This document shows positions 26,055 through 35,922 of a stretch of DNA of 64,000 bases, in pieces. How positions within the stretch are numbered: the first letter of the stretch is position 1; each line of letters starts with the position of its first letter. The DNA lies in the IMG/VR virus record IMGVR_UViG_3300044620_000614, positions 1 to 64,000 of that record; one strand, written 5' to 3'. The notes beneath the pieces are model-generated. The model did not search any database and had not been told where the DNA came from. It was given only the letters and a program-made list of their open reading frames with translations. The position numbers and the translations under genes were made by a program. This stretch comes from a virus.

Positions 26055-28358
26055 TCAGGAGAGGTTCTTGGCGATGATGTCCGCGACTCGTCCCATCAGC
26101 ACACGGCTGGTGCGCTTGGACTTCTCGGTCTTGGCGAAGGTGTTCTTCAGCTGCGTACCGGTCAGTCCCGTCAGGTCACCCTGCTTCACCGTCTTGGTGG
26201 GGACGATGATGAAGTTGGAGTCGAACCCGTCACCCGGCAGGGCGGCGAAGTTGTTCTCCTTCATTGACTCCTTGGCGATCTCCGCGACCTTGGGATTCGT
26301 ACCGATCAGCATATGATCGAAGTACCGGGCGCTGCCGATGAGGAAGAACCCGACGACATTGGCACCGGTCTTGTGCTTCAGGTACATACGCAGAATGGCC
26401 GTGGTGGAGCACTGCATGGACACATTCGTACCCCACCGGGTCTTTTCCTTGCGAACCGGGATCGTCCAGGTCTTGCTACCGTCGACCAGCACCGGGATGG
26501 CGTTGGCGTCACCCTTGGCGTTGTAGATGTCGAACGGGTGCGAGCCAGACTCACCATCGGTCAGGAAGCACACATTGACAACCTGCAGGCGATTGTCCCG
26601 CTTGAACTTCTCGGTCACGGGAACCATCGCGTACACAGCTTCATCGAGCGGCGTACCACCGAGGCTGAATCCCGCAGGAGTCTTGGCGGTGTACGCATTC
26701 GAGTCCTCCGCGATCCGCAGCATCATACCGGCGGCCACATCGAACTCGGTCTTGCTCATCCGGCTCGACAGAGTGTTGAGCAGGTGGAAGTGGCTGAAGC
26801 GGAGGTAATCACCAGTGGTCTGATACCCGTGCTCGTCCTTCTCATACTCCTTGCACACGGAGGGACGAGTGAAGGACTTGCTCGGCATCTTGCCGGTGAG
26901 GTTCATCTCCGCGTACTCCGGCGAGTACGAATCGGAGAACAGATAGACCTCGTAGGGGATGTTGACCGACTTGCAGAACATGACGAGGTTCAGCAACTGG
27001 TAGATCGTCTCGCGGAGGTTCTGGCTCATCGAACCCGACCAGTCCATGCAGAAGATCATGCCGTGGTTCTTACCCTTGGCGATCTCCTCGGTGGCGAGGA
27101 AGATGTCATCAGCGAACTTGTAATCGTTGATACGATCCATGTCGATGATACCGCAACGGGCCGAACGCGTACGGCGCGACTCGTCGGCAGCCATCTTCAT
27201 CTCAAACTGCTTGACGAGCATCTTGATGGCGTCCGCGCTGTTCGTGCGGAAATCCTTGAGCAGCTTCTCGTTGTTGAGGCCGTTACGCTGCGCGACAGCG
27301 GCGAACTGGGGCACGATGGTCTTGAAGTCAACGAGGATCGAATCCATGTTGAGCGTCGGCATCTTCCACCGACGAACCTGCGTGGCCGAAGTGTCCACCA
27401 TGTTCTTGCGGTTACGCTCCTCGGCTTCCGCAGTCACCGAACGAGTCGGCTTGCCGTTCTGATTACCACCGGTCGACGCGGTGTTGCCGGGCTTGGACTC
27501 GGACTTGGACGGCTGCGAGCCGTTACCCTGGTCCTTGTCCTGCTTCTGCTCACCCTGGCCCTGACCGTCCTGCGACTGATCGTCGCTCTGGTCACCCGCG
27601 CAATCGGCGGGATCGTTACCCTGACCCTGACCAGTCGGCTGGGTGCCGGTGTTGCCGGAACCCGAGGGCTGACCCTGCGGACCGTTGTTCGGCTTGTTCT
27701 GCTGCTGCTTCGCAGCCTTACGCGCACCATCGTACTCGTAGATCTCGGCAGCGAGAGCGACCACATCGTCCCAGGTCTTCATCGCCTCAAGGCGAGGAAG
27801 GAACGCAGCTTCGTCCGCAGTCATCGGCACGGCAGTGACGCCGTAGATGCCAGACTTGAAGTGGACATTGAGACGGTCGAGCAGCGGGAGATCCTGCATC
27901 GCTTCGGTGTTGAGCGACTTGACGCCAAAGAAGTCCTTGTCGAACAGATACTTGCCCGCTTCGGCGTAGCAACGCTTCAGACCGGGGAAGCGATCCTTCA
28001 TCTGGCGGTCGATACGAATGTCCTCGCACACATTGAGGTAGTCGTGAATCACGCGCACATCGACGCCGGTATCCGCATCGACAGCGGCGTGCGACTGGTC
28101 GATGACGGTGAGATCAGCCGGAGTGAAGAGAGCGTGACCGACCTCGTGAGCGCAGAGCATATCGTACAGGTCACCGCTCATCTCCTGCCAGACGGGGAGA
28201 GTGAGAACGCGAGTGCCGGTATCGAACGATGCAGTCTGCGCGGTCGCGTCATGCATGACCGTGAGATTCTCGGTAGCCAGCAGACGCGCGAATGCGTCCT
28301 TGGCAGCCGTGTTGATGGCGAACGGGTTAGAAACGGTAGTGGTAGGAGTCTGTCCCAT
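26055..28358 (-). CDS. Metallopeptidase-like plus VWA domain protein (CobT-like partner of the AAA ATPase)
   Basis: HEVGHALFT zincin motif, DWSGSM MIDAS, LGGTPL, FLTDGE. Confidence 0.88.
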   Translation of the reverse strand: MGQTPTTTVSNPFAINTAAKDAFARLLATENLTVMHDATAQTASFDTGTRVLTLPVWQEMSGDLYDMLCAHEVGHALFTPADLTVIDQSHAAVDADTGVDVRVIHDYLNVCEDIRIDRQMKDRFPGLKRCYAEAGKYLFDKDFFGVKSLNTEAMQDLPLLDRLNVHFKSGIYGVTAVPMTADEAAFLPRLEAMKTWDDVVALAAEIYEYDGARKAAKQQQNKPNNGPQGQPSGSGNTGTQPTGQGQGNDPADCAGDQSDDQSQDGQGQGEQKQDKDQGNGSQPSKSESKPGNTASTGGNQNGKPTRSVTAEAEERNRKNMVDTSATQVRRWKMPTLNMDSILVDFKTIVPQFAAVAQRNGLNNEKLLKDFRTNSADAIKMLVKQFEMKMAADESRRTRSARCGIIDMDRINDYKFADDIFLATEEIAKGKNHGMIFCMDWSGSMSQNLRETIYQLLNLVMFCKSVNIPYEVYLFSDSYSPEYAEMNLTGKMPSKSFTRPSVCKEYEKDEHGYQTTGDYLRFSHFHLLNTLSSRMSKTEFDVAAGMMLRIAEDSNAYTAKTPAGFSLGGTPLDEAVYAMVPVTEKFKRDNRLQVVNVCFLTDGESGSHPFDIYNAKGDANAIPVLVDGSKTWTIPVRKEKTRWGTNVSMQCSTTAILRMYLKHKTGANVVGFFLIGSARYFDHMLIGTNPKVAEIAKESMKENNFAALPGDGFDSNFIIVPTKTVKQGDLTGLTGTQLKNTFAKTEKSKRTSRVLMGRVADIIAKNLS

Positions 28359-28367
28359 AGTGCGCCC

Positions 28368-28396
28368 ATTGTACCAGGTCCGTCTGGCGCTTGCAA
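28368..28396 (-). promoter_or_regulatory. Early sigma70 promoter giving a near-leaderless transcript
   Basis: TTGCAA-17-TACAAT, 9 nt before the ATG. Confidence 0.65.
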
Positions 28397-28539
28397 GCCC
28401 CTAGAATATAGGGAATAACTGGGGGCGGACGCAGCAGGCCCTGTAAATCTAGGGGTCCTAGGTCCGATAACGCGCTGTCGATGCAGGGCGCCGCGTAAAC
28501 CCTTGCTATTACTGGACTTACGATTTCTTGGGCGCCCCC

Positions 28540-28568
28540 TTGCGCCGGACCCAGGGATCGGGTACAAT
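28540..28568 (+). promoter_or_regulatory. Divergent early sigma70 promoter
   Basis: TTGCGC-17-TACAAT; shares GATCGGG before -10 with the promoter at 32974. Confidence 0.65.
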
Positions 28569-28647
28569 GGCTGCACACGGCCCGCAGTGGGCCACAGACT
28601 TCCGTACCGTCTAGTTTCACTCTTTCCTCTTTCGGAGAATCACTACT

Positions 28648-30036
28648 ATGGCTAACGCCACCAACAACAAGATCGCTACCTTCGTCAACCTCTGCGTGAC
28701 CGAGGGATACAAGTCGCCGCTTTCCCGTTCGCAGATCAAGGCGCTGCGCGCGAAGTACGGTTGCCCGATGCCCGCGTGGCTGATGAAGGACGAGGACCGT
28801 CGCGTCGGTCACGGCAAGTACGCTTGCGCGGAGCTCGACGCTGCGTGGTCGACTCGCAACGGCGTCGCTGCTGCTGCGTCCGTTCCGGCTCCCGTGTCCG
28901 CTCCGGTCGCTGTCGCGGCTCCGGCTGCTCCTGCGATGCAGGCTCGCATCGCCCGTGCGGAGTCCACGCTTGACGGTAACTTCATCCCGTCGAAGCTGAT
29001 GACCTATGTGCCGTACGGCAACTACAAGGACATCGAAGCCATCGTGAAGTCCAAGCGTTGGTATCCGACGATGGTGACCGGTCTGTCGGGTAACGGCAAG
29101 ACGACCATGATTGAGCAGGTGTGCGCGAAGCTCGGTCGTGAATGCATCCGCGTCAACCTCACCAGCCAGACCGATGCGGACGACCTGCTCGGTGGGTTCC
29201 GCCTCGTCAACGGTGACACCGTGTGGCAGGACGGTCCGGTCGTGACCGCGATGAAGCGCGGTGCGATCCTCCTGCTCGACGAGATGGATACCGCGTCGCA
29301 CAAGATCATGTGCCTCATGCGTGTCCTCGAAGGTAAGGGTGCGTTCCTGCCGAAGATCAACACCCAGGTCGAGCCTGCTACCGGGTTCAATGTGTTCGCT
29401 ACGATGAACACCAAGGGCCAGGGTGGCGAGGGTTCCGAGCAGTTCTCCTCGCGTAGCATTCTCGATGAGGCGCTGCTTGAGCGTTTCAGCGGCACCTACG
29501 AGCAGGACTACCCCACCAAGGCGGTGGAGAAGAAGATCGTCCTCGGCAACATGGAGGCGCTGTCGTGCGTGGACGAGCCGTTCGCTGACTGCCTGGTGAA
29601 GTGGGCCGAGATGATCCGCAAGACCTACATGGAAGGTGGTGCGGACGCGATCATCACGACCCGTCGTCTGTGCATGATCGTGGACAACTTCAGCATCTTT
29701 GCTGACCGCACCAAGGCTGTGACCGCTGCGTGTGCGCGCTTCAGCAACTCGACCAAGGAGGCGTTCGTGAACCTCTACACCAAGGTCGACGCGGAAGTGT
29801 CCACGACCGCTGATCCGGCTCGCGCTGCTGCGATGGAGGCGGAAGCCGCTGCCGCCGCTGTCGCCAAGGCTACGCGGTTCGACCTCAAGGGTGCTGCGTT
29901 TCAGGATCGCGCCACGGTGAAGAACCTCGGTGCGGCGTGGGACGCGACTGCCAAGGTTTGGTATGTCACGGGTGACCAGTACCGCGCGAACCCGAGCGCG
30001 TTCGACCCCTTCAAGCCGACTCCGGTGTCGGCCTAA
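28648..30036 (+). CDS. cobS: MoxR/CobS-like AAA+ ATPase with extra N- and C-terminal domains
   Basis: GLSGNGKT Walker A, LLLDEMD Walker B, ATMNTKG, ALLERF, TRRL; DUF5710-like C-terminus. Confidence 0.9.
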   Translation: MANATNNKIATFVNLCVTEGYKSPLSRSQIKALRAKYGCPMPAWLMKDEDRRVGHGKYACAELDAAWSTRNGVAAAASVPAPVSAPVAVAAPAAPAMQARIARAESTLDGNFIPSKLMTYVPYGNYKDIEAIVKSKRWYPTMVTGLSGNGKTTMIEQVCAKLGRECIRVNLTSQTDADDLLGGFRLVNGDTVWQDGPVVTAMKRGAILLLDEMDTASHKIMCLMRVLEGKGAFLPKINTQVEPATGFNVFATMNTKGQGGEGSEQFSSRSILDEALLERFSGTYEQDYPTKAVEKKIVLGNMEALSCVDEPFADCLVKWAEMIRKTYMEGGADAIITTRRLCMIVDNFSIFADRTKAVTAACARFSNSTKEAFVNLYTKVDAEVSTTADPARAAAMEAEAAAAAVAKATRFDLKGAAFQDRATVKNLGAAWDATAKVWYVTGDQYRANPSAFDPFKPTPVSA

Positions 30037-30054
30037 TCCAACGAAAGGAACCAC

Positions 30055-30336
30055 ATGAAGAATCCTTCTTCCAACAGCACGACCAACACTAGTGACCAAC
30101 TCGCACTTATCGACTGGACATACGATGCCTGGCTGAAGTGCGAAGATGGGAGCGACAAGGAGGAGCAGTTGCACACCTACCTTGGCGAACTCCTGCTGAC
30201 GTTTGCCCGTTGCAATCCGCCAGAGCGCCTGCTCCCGCAGGAGTACACCCACTTCATGAACATCTCCCGCGAGTTGTGTCTCTCGGGTGGCATGAGTGAG
30301 GACGAGTTTGATTCCAACGACATCGAGAACGCCTAA
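30055..30336 (+). CDS. Early hypothetical protein
   Basis: AAAGGA RBS, GC3-rich codons. Confidence 0.6.
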   Translation: MKNPSSNSTTNTSDQLALIDWTYDAWLKCEDGSDKEEQLHTYLGELLLTFARCNPPERLLPQEYTHFMNISRELCLSGGMSEDEFDSNDIENA

Positions 30337-30353
30337 CAGAAAGACCGCACAGT

Positions 30354-30530
30354 ATGAAGCTCACCAAGAAGAAGCCCGTTCGCAAGACCCCCGTCCGCAC
30401 TCGCATCGACGCGCTGATCGAAGATATCCAAGTCTTTGTAGCCGAATACGAGAACAACTCCACAAACGACTATCATAACGAGATCCTGCGCGTCCGTGAT
30501 GAACTCCGTAAGATCAAGCGCATCGCCTAA
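30354..30530 (+). CDS. Early hypothetical protein (58 aa, MKLTKKKPV...)
   Basis: Fills the gap between neighbours; GC3-rich codons. Confidence 0.55.
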   Translation: MKLTKKKPVRKTPVRTRIDALIEDIQVFVAEYENNSTNDYHNEILRVRDELRKIKRIA

Positions 30531-30550
30531 CAACAGAAAGAGAACCAACA

Positions 30551-30895
30551 ATGAACACTCTCAACGCAACCATTCCCGCCGCATACCTCAAGTGGGTTGA
30601 TGCAGCAATCGCATCTGGCCTCTCTACCGACCTCATCAGTCGTAAGCAGGCTCTGAAGGTGAAGCAAGCGACTGGCGCCCGTCTTCCGCGATGGCTGATG
30701 AAGGACCCGAGTCGTCGTCGTGGTCGTGGCAACTATTCGTGTCCCGAGATCCCCGAGCGGATCAAGGAACTCGAAGCTGCGCGTAACGCCAAGCCCGCCA
30801 ACATGGCGTTCCGTGGTAAGGGTATCCCGCAGATCGCCCGTATGGCGCTGCGCGGTAAGGTTTCGATTCGCACCAAGATCAAGCGGAGGAAGTGA
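30551..30895 (+). CDS. Standalone copy of the AAA ATPase N-terminal domain
   Basis: ISRKQ...PRWLMKDPSRRRGRGNYSCPE versus LSRSQ...PAWLMKDEDRRVGHGKYACAE. Confidence 0.7.
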   Translation: MNTLNATIPAAYLKWVDAAIASGLSTDLISRKQALKVKQATGARLPRWLMKDPSRRRGRGNYSCPEIPERIKELEAARNAKPANMAFRGKGIPQIARMALRGKVSIRTKIKRRK

Positions 30896-30896
30896 T

Positions 30897-31118
30897 ATGT
30901 GTAACTGCACCGAGACTCACGAATGCGATGACTGCGCCGATGAGCGCGCTGTCGCCGCCGAAGAGATGGCTGATATCGAACGCGAGATCAACATCTTCCA
31001 AGAGTTCTACGCCGTCCACAACCTGAAGCCGGTTGTGCGTAAGCCTGTCAACGAACCCATCACCAACGAGGAGTACGATCTCCTCGCTTCCATCGACTCC
31101 AACGGAGGTTTCTGCTAA
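30897..31118 (+). CDS. Early Cys-rich hypothetical protein
   Basis: GGAGG RBS; CNC...CDDC. Confidence 0.55.
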   Translation: MCNCTETHECDDCADERAVAAEEMADIEREINIFQEFYAVHNLKPVVRKPVNEPITNEEYDLLASIDSNGGFC

Positions 31119-31615
31119 TGTCCGACACCATTCTTCGCCGTGCCCACATGTCCGCCATTCAGGAGGTTTCGTCCCTCAATCAGCGCATCAAGCGGCTCGA
31201 AGCCGGTCTTGTGGTCGCCGAGTGCATGAACCAGTACCTCGCCGCTCGACTCCAGCTGCACGGTAAGCCGTACAAGATGGATACGGCAGTCCTCACGCTC
31301 GGCCAGGCAGCCATTGATGTTGAGGACAATGCTGCCGCACAGAAGTGCATCGACGCTCTGCGTGAACTGATGGGACTGGCTCGGAAGTTCACCGACGAAG
31401 CCATCAAGGAACACAAGAACAATGTCGATCTCTACACCGACGACCAGATGACCGCAGATGGGATCATCCGCTCGGTGTTGCAGAGCGTGGACAAGAAGCT
31501 TTTGGCTCACCGTGACGCCGAGTTCAAGAAGCATGGCTTCACCGAGGAGGATCTCAAGGATCTGATCGCCGAACTGGAGCGCGACCTTGGCCTTGGCGGG
31601 AAGGATTCCGAGTAA
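31118..31615 (+). CDS. Early hypothetical protein
   Basis: GGAGG RBS, TAATG overlap. Confidence 0.65.
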   Translation: MSDTILRRAHMSAIQEVSSLNQRIKRLEAGLVVAECMNQYLAARLQLHGKPYKMDTAVLTLGQAAIDVEDNAAAQKCIDALRELMGLARKFTDEAIKEHKNNVDLYTDDQMTADGIIRSVLQSVDKKLLAHRDAEFKKHGFTEEDLKDLIAELERDLGLGGKDSE

Positions 31616-31695
31616 TCCTACTTGACTTTGTATGAAACCCTTATATAATATGTTCATACATCCGTGTGGATGAACAATACGAATAAGGAGTCATC

Positions 31696-32004
31696 ATGCA
31701 AATCAAGTCAGACTACACGAAGAACCAAGTAGAGTTCTTCAACAAGGCGAAGGAAATGTTCCCGAACCAGGCGTCGTTCTCCCGCAAGCAACTTCTCGCA
31801 GTCAAGGATAGCCTTGGCTACAGCGTCATTCCCGTGTGGATCACTGGCGACCCGGCGCGAAAGGTGAATCGAGGTATGTACAGTCTCCCCGAGTGTACGA
31901 CCGACCTCACCTCGCTGCCAGTGACCAACGATACTCGTGGTGCGCCACGGAAGAGCCAGTCAGCGCCGGCCCTCACGACGGCTGACAACAGCGCACAGTC
32001 CTGA
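31696..32004 (+). CDS. Second standalone copy of the AAA N-terminal domain
   Basis: FSRKQ...PVWITGDPARKVNRGMYSLPE; own promoter TTGACT-16-TATAAT near 31622; terminator follows. Confidence 0.7.
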   Translation: MQIKSDYTKNQVEFFNKAKEMFPNQASFSRKQLLAVKDSLGYSVIPVWITGDPARKVNRGMYSLPECTTDLTSLPVTNDTRGAPRKSQSAPALTTADNSAQS

Positions 32005-32063
32005 TAGCAGGACACTTGGGAAATGGCGGGGAAACCCGCCATCCTCCTTTTCTTATGAGAGCA

Positions 32064-32345
32064 ATGAAAGAACCACAGGCAGAAACCCAGACGCACACCT
32101 TTGTCAACCCCAAAACGATCATGCGTCGTTGTTGGTGGACTGGCAAGACCTCCATCATCACGGTGGAGGAAGATGGATACATGGAGTGGCTGGCTTCCGG
32201 CAATATGAAGCCGTTGGAGGTCTGCCTTCCCATGCTAACCCGCGAGGAGCGGGAGCTGCTCATCTCTGGCTTGTCTGAAGCCGGATACGAAGCCGTTGTG
32301 GGCCACGGTTTCGATGAGGATGAGCAGGACGAATCAGGTGATTGA
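32064..32345 (+). CDS. Early hypothetical protein
   Basis: LPMLTREERELLISG motif. Confidence 0.6.
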   Translation: MKEPQAETQTHTFVNPKTIMRRCWWTGKTSIITVEEDGYMEWLASGNMKPLEVCLPMLTREERELLISGLSEAGYEAVVGHGFDEDEQDESGD

Positions 32346-32385
32346 GCCTTGACATTCAGACTGGCCCGATTACAATAGAGGACAT

Positions 32386-32553
32386 ATGAGCGACAGAGAT
32401 CGAAACTGGCGTAGAGAACGAGAAGCGCAGCACCGCAAGAGGAAAGAGAAGCAGTCGCCCCGCGTTTCCCATCGTCCGAGACAGGACGATGACCACGACC
32501 GTCGATGGGATCGTTTCGACCTCCCCCATGAGGATCACGACCTAGACGACTGA
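32386..32553 (+). CDS. Small highly charged peptide
   Basis: TTGACA..TACAAT promoter at 32349, GAGG RBS, GC hairpin afterwards. Confidence 0.45.
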   Translation: MSDRDRNWRREREAQHRKRKEKQSPRVSHRPRQDDDHDRRWDRFDLPHEDHDLDD

Positions 32554-32653
32554 TCGTGAAGGGGGCTGGCTTCGGCCAGCCCCATCTAACCGACGAAGCA
32601 AGTCTACCGCTTCTGTGAGAGTAGACAACACCAACCCGTTTGAGGATTTCAGT

Positions 32654-32887
32654 ATGAAGAATCGCAACAACAACATCATCGACCGCACCATCAACATCTT
32701 CCGCGACTATATGCGTGAGCAGGCTGCCATGCTCGACTCTCGTTCGTTCGAGAACGCTCGGCAGTGCCGCATCGTCGCCCGTGAGGGTGGGTTCCTTGCG
32801 AAGTTTGATCGCGCTGTCGCCGCGGACAAGTCGCTTCGCGTGTTCACGGACAACGACTACAAGTACGGTCGTGCCGTCAGCGCCTAA
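32654..32887 (+). CDS. Early hypothetical protein
   Basis: GAGG RBS, GC3-rich codons. Confidence 0.6.
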   Translation: MKNRNNNIIDRTINIFRDYMREQAAMLDSRSFENARQCRIVAREGGFLAKFDRAVAADKSLRVFTDNDYKYGRAVSA

Positions 32888-32973
32888 TGCGTAACGACAA
32901 CTGAATACAAAGCCCCTCGGGGTTGAGCCACCTTCGGGTGGCTCTTTTCATTGGGCCACCTAGAAAGCCCCCC

Positions 32974-33002
32974 TTGACACGGCCCCCAAGATCGGGTATA
33001 CT
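32974..33002 (+). promoter_or_regulatory. Early sigma70 promoter
   Basis: TTGACA-17-TATACT. Confidence 0.75.
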
Positions 33003-33031
33003 GGCCCCATCTAACGAATAGGACTAATCAC

Positions 33032-33622
33032 ATGAAGATCGCTTTCAACCCTCGTTTCGTCCCCTCTCGCACTTTCATGCACGACATCGTTGGTCGTGTG
33101 GACGAGTACCGCTTCACTCGCAAGGAGTGGGCGCGCCTGCGTGGTTCGTCTGCTCATGGCGTGCAGTCGTTCTTCATCCCCAACAACGCCAAGCCGCATC
33201 AGCGGAATCACTACGCCCTCAAGGTGTACGACACGCTGGTCGAAGCGTTCGCCGCGTGGCAGCGTCAGGGAATCGCCGCGCGTAAGCACCTCGCCCCGCC
33301 TGTTCGTCGCATCTGCAAGTTCGTCATTGACGGACTGGAGCCGCGTTGGGGATACCAGTCCTGCGTGGCTAGCCATATCAACCGCGTGGGTGGTTGGGAT
33401 GACTGGGGGTGGGGGCCCTCCGTGACGCTAGAGCGCGATCTCCTGCGGCTGGATATCTCGGGTACGGTCAACGACGACCAGCGGTATGTTGGTATCCGCC
33501 GCGCCAAGCGTCTCGGCAAGCGTACTCGCATCCGTGGTGATCTCCACGGTGGTAATGTCGGATTCTTCAAGCACCGGCTCGTCTGCATCGACTTCGGCAC
33601 GGAGTCGATTGATTTCCGCTAA
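33032..33622 (+). CDS. Protein-kinase-like (PKL fold) protein
   Basis: YALKVY, GDLHGGNV catalytic loop, IDFG. Confidence 0.75.
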   Translation: MKIAFNPRFVPSRTFMHDIVGRVDEYRFTRKEWARLRGSSAHGVQSFFIPNNAKPHQRNHYALKVYDTLVEAFAAWQRQGIAARKHLAPPVRRICKFVIDGLEPRWGYQSCVASHINRVGGWDDWGWGPSVTLERDLLRLDISGTVNDDQRYVGIRRAKRLGKRTRIRGDLHGGNVGFFKHRLVCIDFGTESIDFR

Positions 33623-33637
33623 TCAGAGGACACACAC

Positions 33638-34255
33638 ATGGGATACTGCTTTGACATCACAGACTCTAGTTTCCACATCGAGGAACGACACTACCCCGAC
33701 ATGATGGATCACCTCATCCAGTTCCACAATCGGCTGATCGCGCAGAAGGTGGAAGTCAAGTGGGTGGATCTGCCGGCGGCGCTGTCGCTGCTCGAAGCCG
33801 GTGATCTGATTGGATTCTTCGCTGCGTGGAACTACGAGGTCAAGATCGACATCACGACCGGCGATATCGTGGATATCACCACGATGGCAGAGAAGATCGC
33901 CGACGAGGAGAAGCTGTGGGAACAGATTGCGCCTTGGGTGGTGGATTGCTCATACATCCAATGCCACGGAGAAGACGGAGCGTATTGGCGTTGGGTGTGG
34001 CGTGAAGGTGCCTACTACTATGTGGAGGCAACCCTGCGCTTCGATGACCCCATCGACTGTGGCTACCGCATCGTCAATGCCAACATGATGGACGACGAAC
34101 TCCGCGTCGCTCGCAAGGCTGTTGGGTACGACGAAGATCAGGTGCCGCTGAAGCCAGATCCGGTGACCACGCTCAACGAGATCATCAACAGCATCCACCA
34201 ACCGATTGACACGCAGTACGCTCTGAACGCACTCCGAACGAAGGGAACGACATGA
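33638..34255 (+). CDS. Hypothetical phage protein
   Basis: GAGGA RBS; GEDGAYWRW motif. Confidence 0.65.
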   Translation: MGYCFDITDSSFHIEERHYPDMMDHLIQFHNRLIAQKVEVKWVDLPAALSLLEAGDLIGFFAAWNYEVKIDITTGDIVDITTMAEKIADEEKLWEQIAPWVVDCSYIQCHGEDGAYWRWVWREGAYYYVEATLRFDDPIDCGYRIVNANMMDDELRVARKAVGYDEDQVPLKPDPVTTLNEIINSIHQPIDTQYALNALRTKGTT

Positions 34256-34668
34256 CGCCACTAGTGACCGGAACAAAATCTGCAATGCACGCCGACATCA
34301 TCACCGACATGGAGTATTTGGCTGCCGAGATGGTGGCAGGTAAGATTTCAATCCTGCGCGGAACTCACATCGAGGTGCAACTGACCAATCTGCTTCTCAA
34401 GGCAGCCAGAACGGTTCGAGATCAGCAGTATCAGATCATCGAGCTTGAGGAAGCCAATACGGCACTCGCCCGCACCGCGGTCCCCGATACGGTCGAGGGA
34501 ATAAGCGATCACTACCAGCAGCTGATCGTGGAGAACGAGAAACTGAAGAAGCGTAATGCCAACCAAGCGGCATTGATCGACGCCATCAATCAGGGACGAG
34601 CAAAGAAAGTCGCCGGTGGTGGTTGGACACACGACAACATCCCACACACAGAGGTAACCAGCCCATGA
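34252..34668 (+). CDS. Hypothetical coiled-coil protein
   Basis: ATGA coupling. Confidence 0.6.
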   Translation: MTPLVTGTKSAMHADIITDMEYLAAEMVAGKISILRGTHIEVQLTNLLLKAARTVRDQQYQIIELEEANTALARTAVPDTVEGISDHYQQLIVENEKLKKRNANQAALIDAINQGRAKKVAGGGWTHDNIPHTEVTSP

Positions 34669-35069
34669 GCAAGCCACAGCCAGACATCTTTCAACCCATC
34701 ACCGAAGCCACCGCGCTTGAGCATGAACTCTCCATCATGCTCAACGCCAAACAGGTTGTCGATCACTTCATGCCAGTCCCCGGCTCCTACCCACCAGGCC
34801 CTCAAGTGGCCAAAGCCGTCCGCGTCATTCAGGCGCTGATGATCTTGGTACACGCCCAGCAGAAGGTCGTCATCGAAGCAGAGAATGCCCTTCAGCCCAC
34901 TCTAGACCAACTGGGTGATACCAAGATGGCTCTCAAGGAAGCCGAACAGCGTGTCGTTGCTGTAGAGAAGATGAGGGATGACGCCGAACAACTCTACAAC
35001 GATCTGCTCGTACAGATGGCCAATTTGGAGCAGGGTATTCACGACGAGTACAACTCCCTACAGAGCTAA
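34665..35069 (+). CDS. Hypothetical coiled-coil protein
   Basis: GAGG RBS, ATGA coupling, terminator at about 35090-35125. Confidence 0.6.
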   Translation: MSKPQPDIFQPITEATALEHELSIMLNAKQVVDHFMPVPGSYPPGPQVAKAVRVIQALMILVHAQQKVVIEAENALQPTLDQLGDTKMALKEAEQRVVAVEKMRDDAEQLYNDLLVQMANLEQGIHDEYNSLQS

Positions 35070-35479
35070 CCAAGGTCTTCATGTGATTGCCCCCGGCATA
35101 CCGTAACTGGATGTCGGGGGTTTTGCATTTGGTCCTGCCAAACGGCGACAGCGCCGGCGCCAGAGTCTACAGCACCCTTTGGCGGAATAAAAATGATCGT
35201 CGAATAAAAATATATTCGGTTTAATTAGTTCTGGCGCTCAAAAACCCCTAGATTTACAGGGGCCACAAGGCAAAGTTTCCCAGGTTTTGGATTTAATACT
35301 TCTGGCGAGCACGAGAAGACGCCCGCCAAATGGAAGTTTTACGACCCGGGCTGTCAAAACTGCCGTTCGATTGGAAGTTTAGCCATTTGGCGCACGCATT
35401 GGCTCCAGAACCAGCTCGAGCAGGTGGAGCCAAAACAATTATAACTTGATACTCGGGGTGGCTCCTATATACTAGGAAC

Positions 35480-35899
35480 ATGAAGAGTACAGACCGACGA
35501 GTTCTGGCTTTCATTGATTACCTCCGCGAGTCTTGCCGCGAGGGGAAGACCCGTATTATCCTAAAAAATCTGAAGAGTATACCAGACTGGGACGGGGAAT
35601 TCGTTGACGGCCTCGATGGCTACTTCAACCCACCCAAGAAAAAGACCATTGGCACGATAGTAATCGCCGCCAATCGTCCATTACCGACTGTTTTACACAC
35701 TTTGGCGCATGAATATGTCCATTATTTGCAATGGAAAGCCAAAAATAAGTACTACAACACGGTTTCTTACCACCAATTAGAGAAAAAAACTGAAGCCAGA
35801 GCGTTAAAACTGCTGGAACAGTTCAATTTACCCATAGACTTGAGCGCCAGAAAGCGTTCGTCTACCCGTTACATCAAAAGATTAGCCAAAATGCGCTGA
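35480..35899 (+). CDS. Zincin-like (HExxH) metallopeptidase domain protein
   Basis: TLAHEYVHYLQ followed by a downstream E. Confidence 0.7.
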   Translation: MKSTDRRVLAFIDYLRESCREGKTRIILKNLKSIPDWDGEFVDGLDGYFNPPKKKTIGTIVIAANRPLPTVLHTLAHEYVHYLQWKAKNKYYNTVSYHQLEKKTEARALKLLEQFNLPIDLSARKRSSTRYIKRLAKMR

Positions 35900-35922
35900 G
35901 TTTGGCGGATTCCCTGCGAATT

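Noticed and set aside
25442-26267. Pro/Gly-rich ORFs at the island border
   Set aside because: Products of G/C runs; no RBS or codon bias
26313-28418. 701-aa + strand ORF
   Set aside because: Antisense shadow of the GC3-biased VWA gene; no motifs
28327-30252. 641-aa - strand ORF
   Set aside because: Antisense shadow of the AAA ATPase gene
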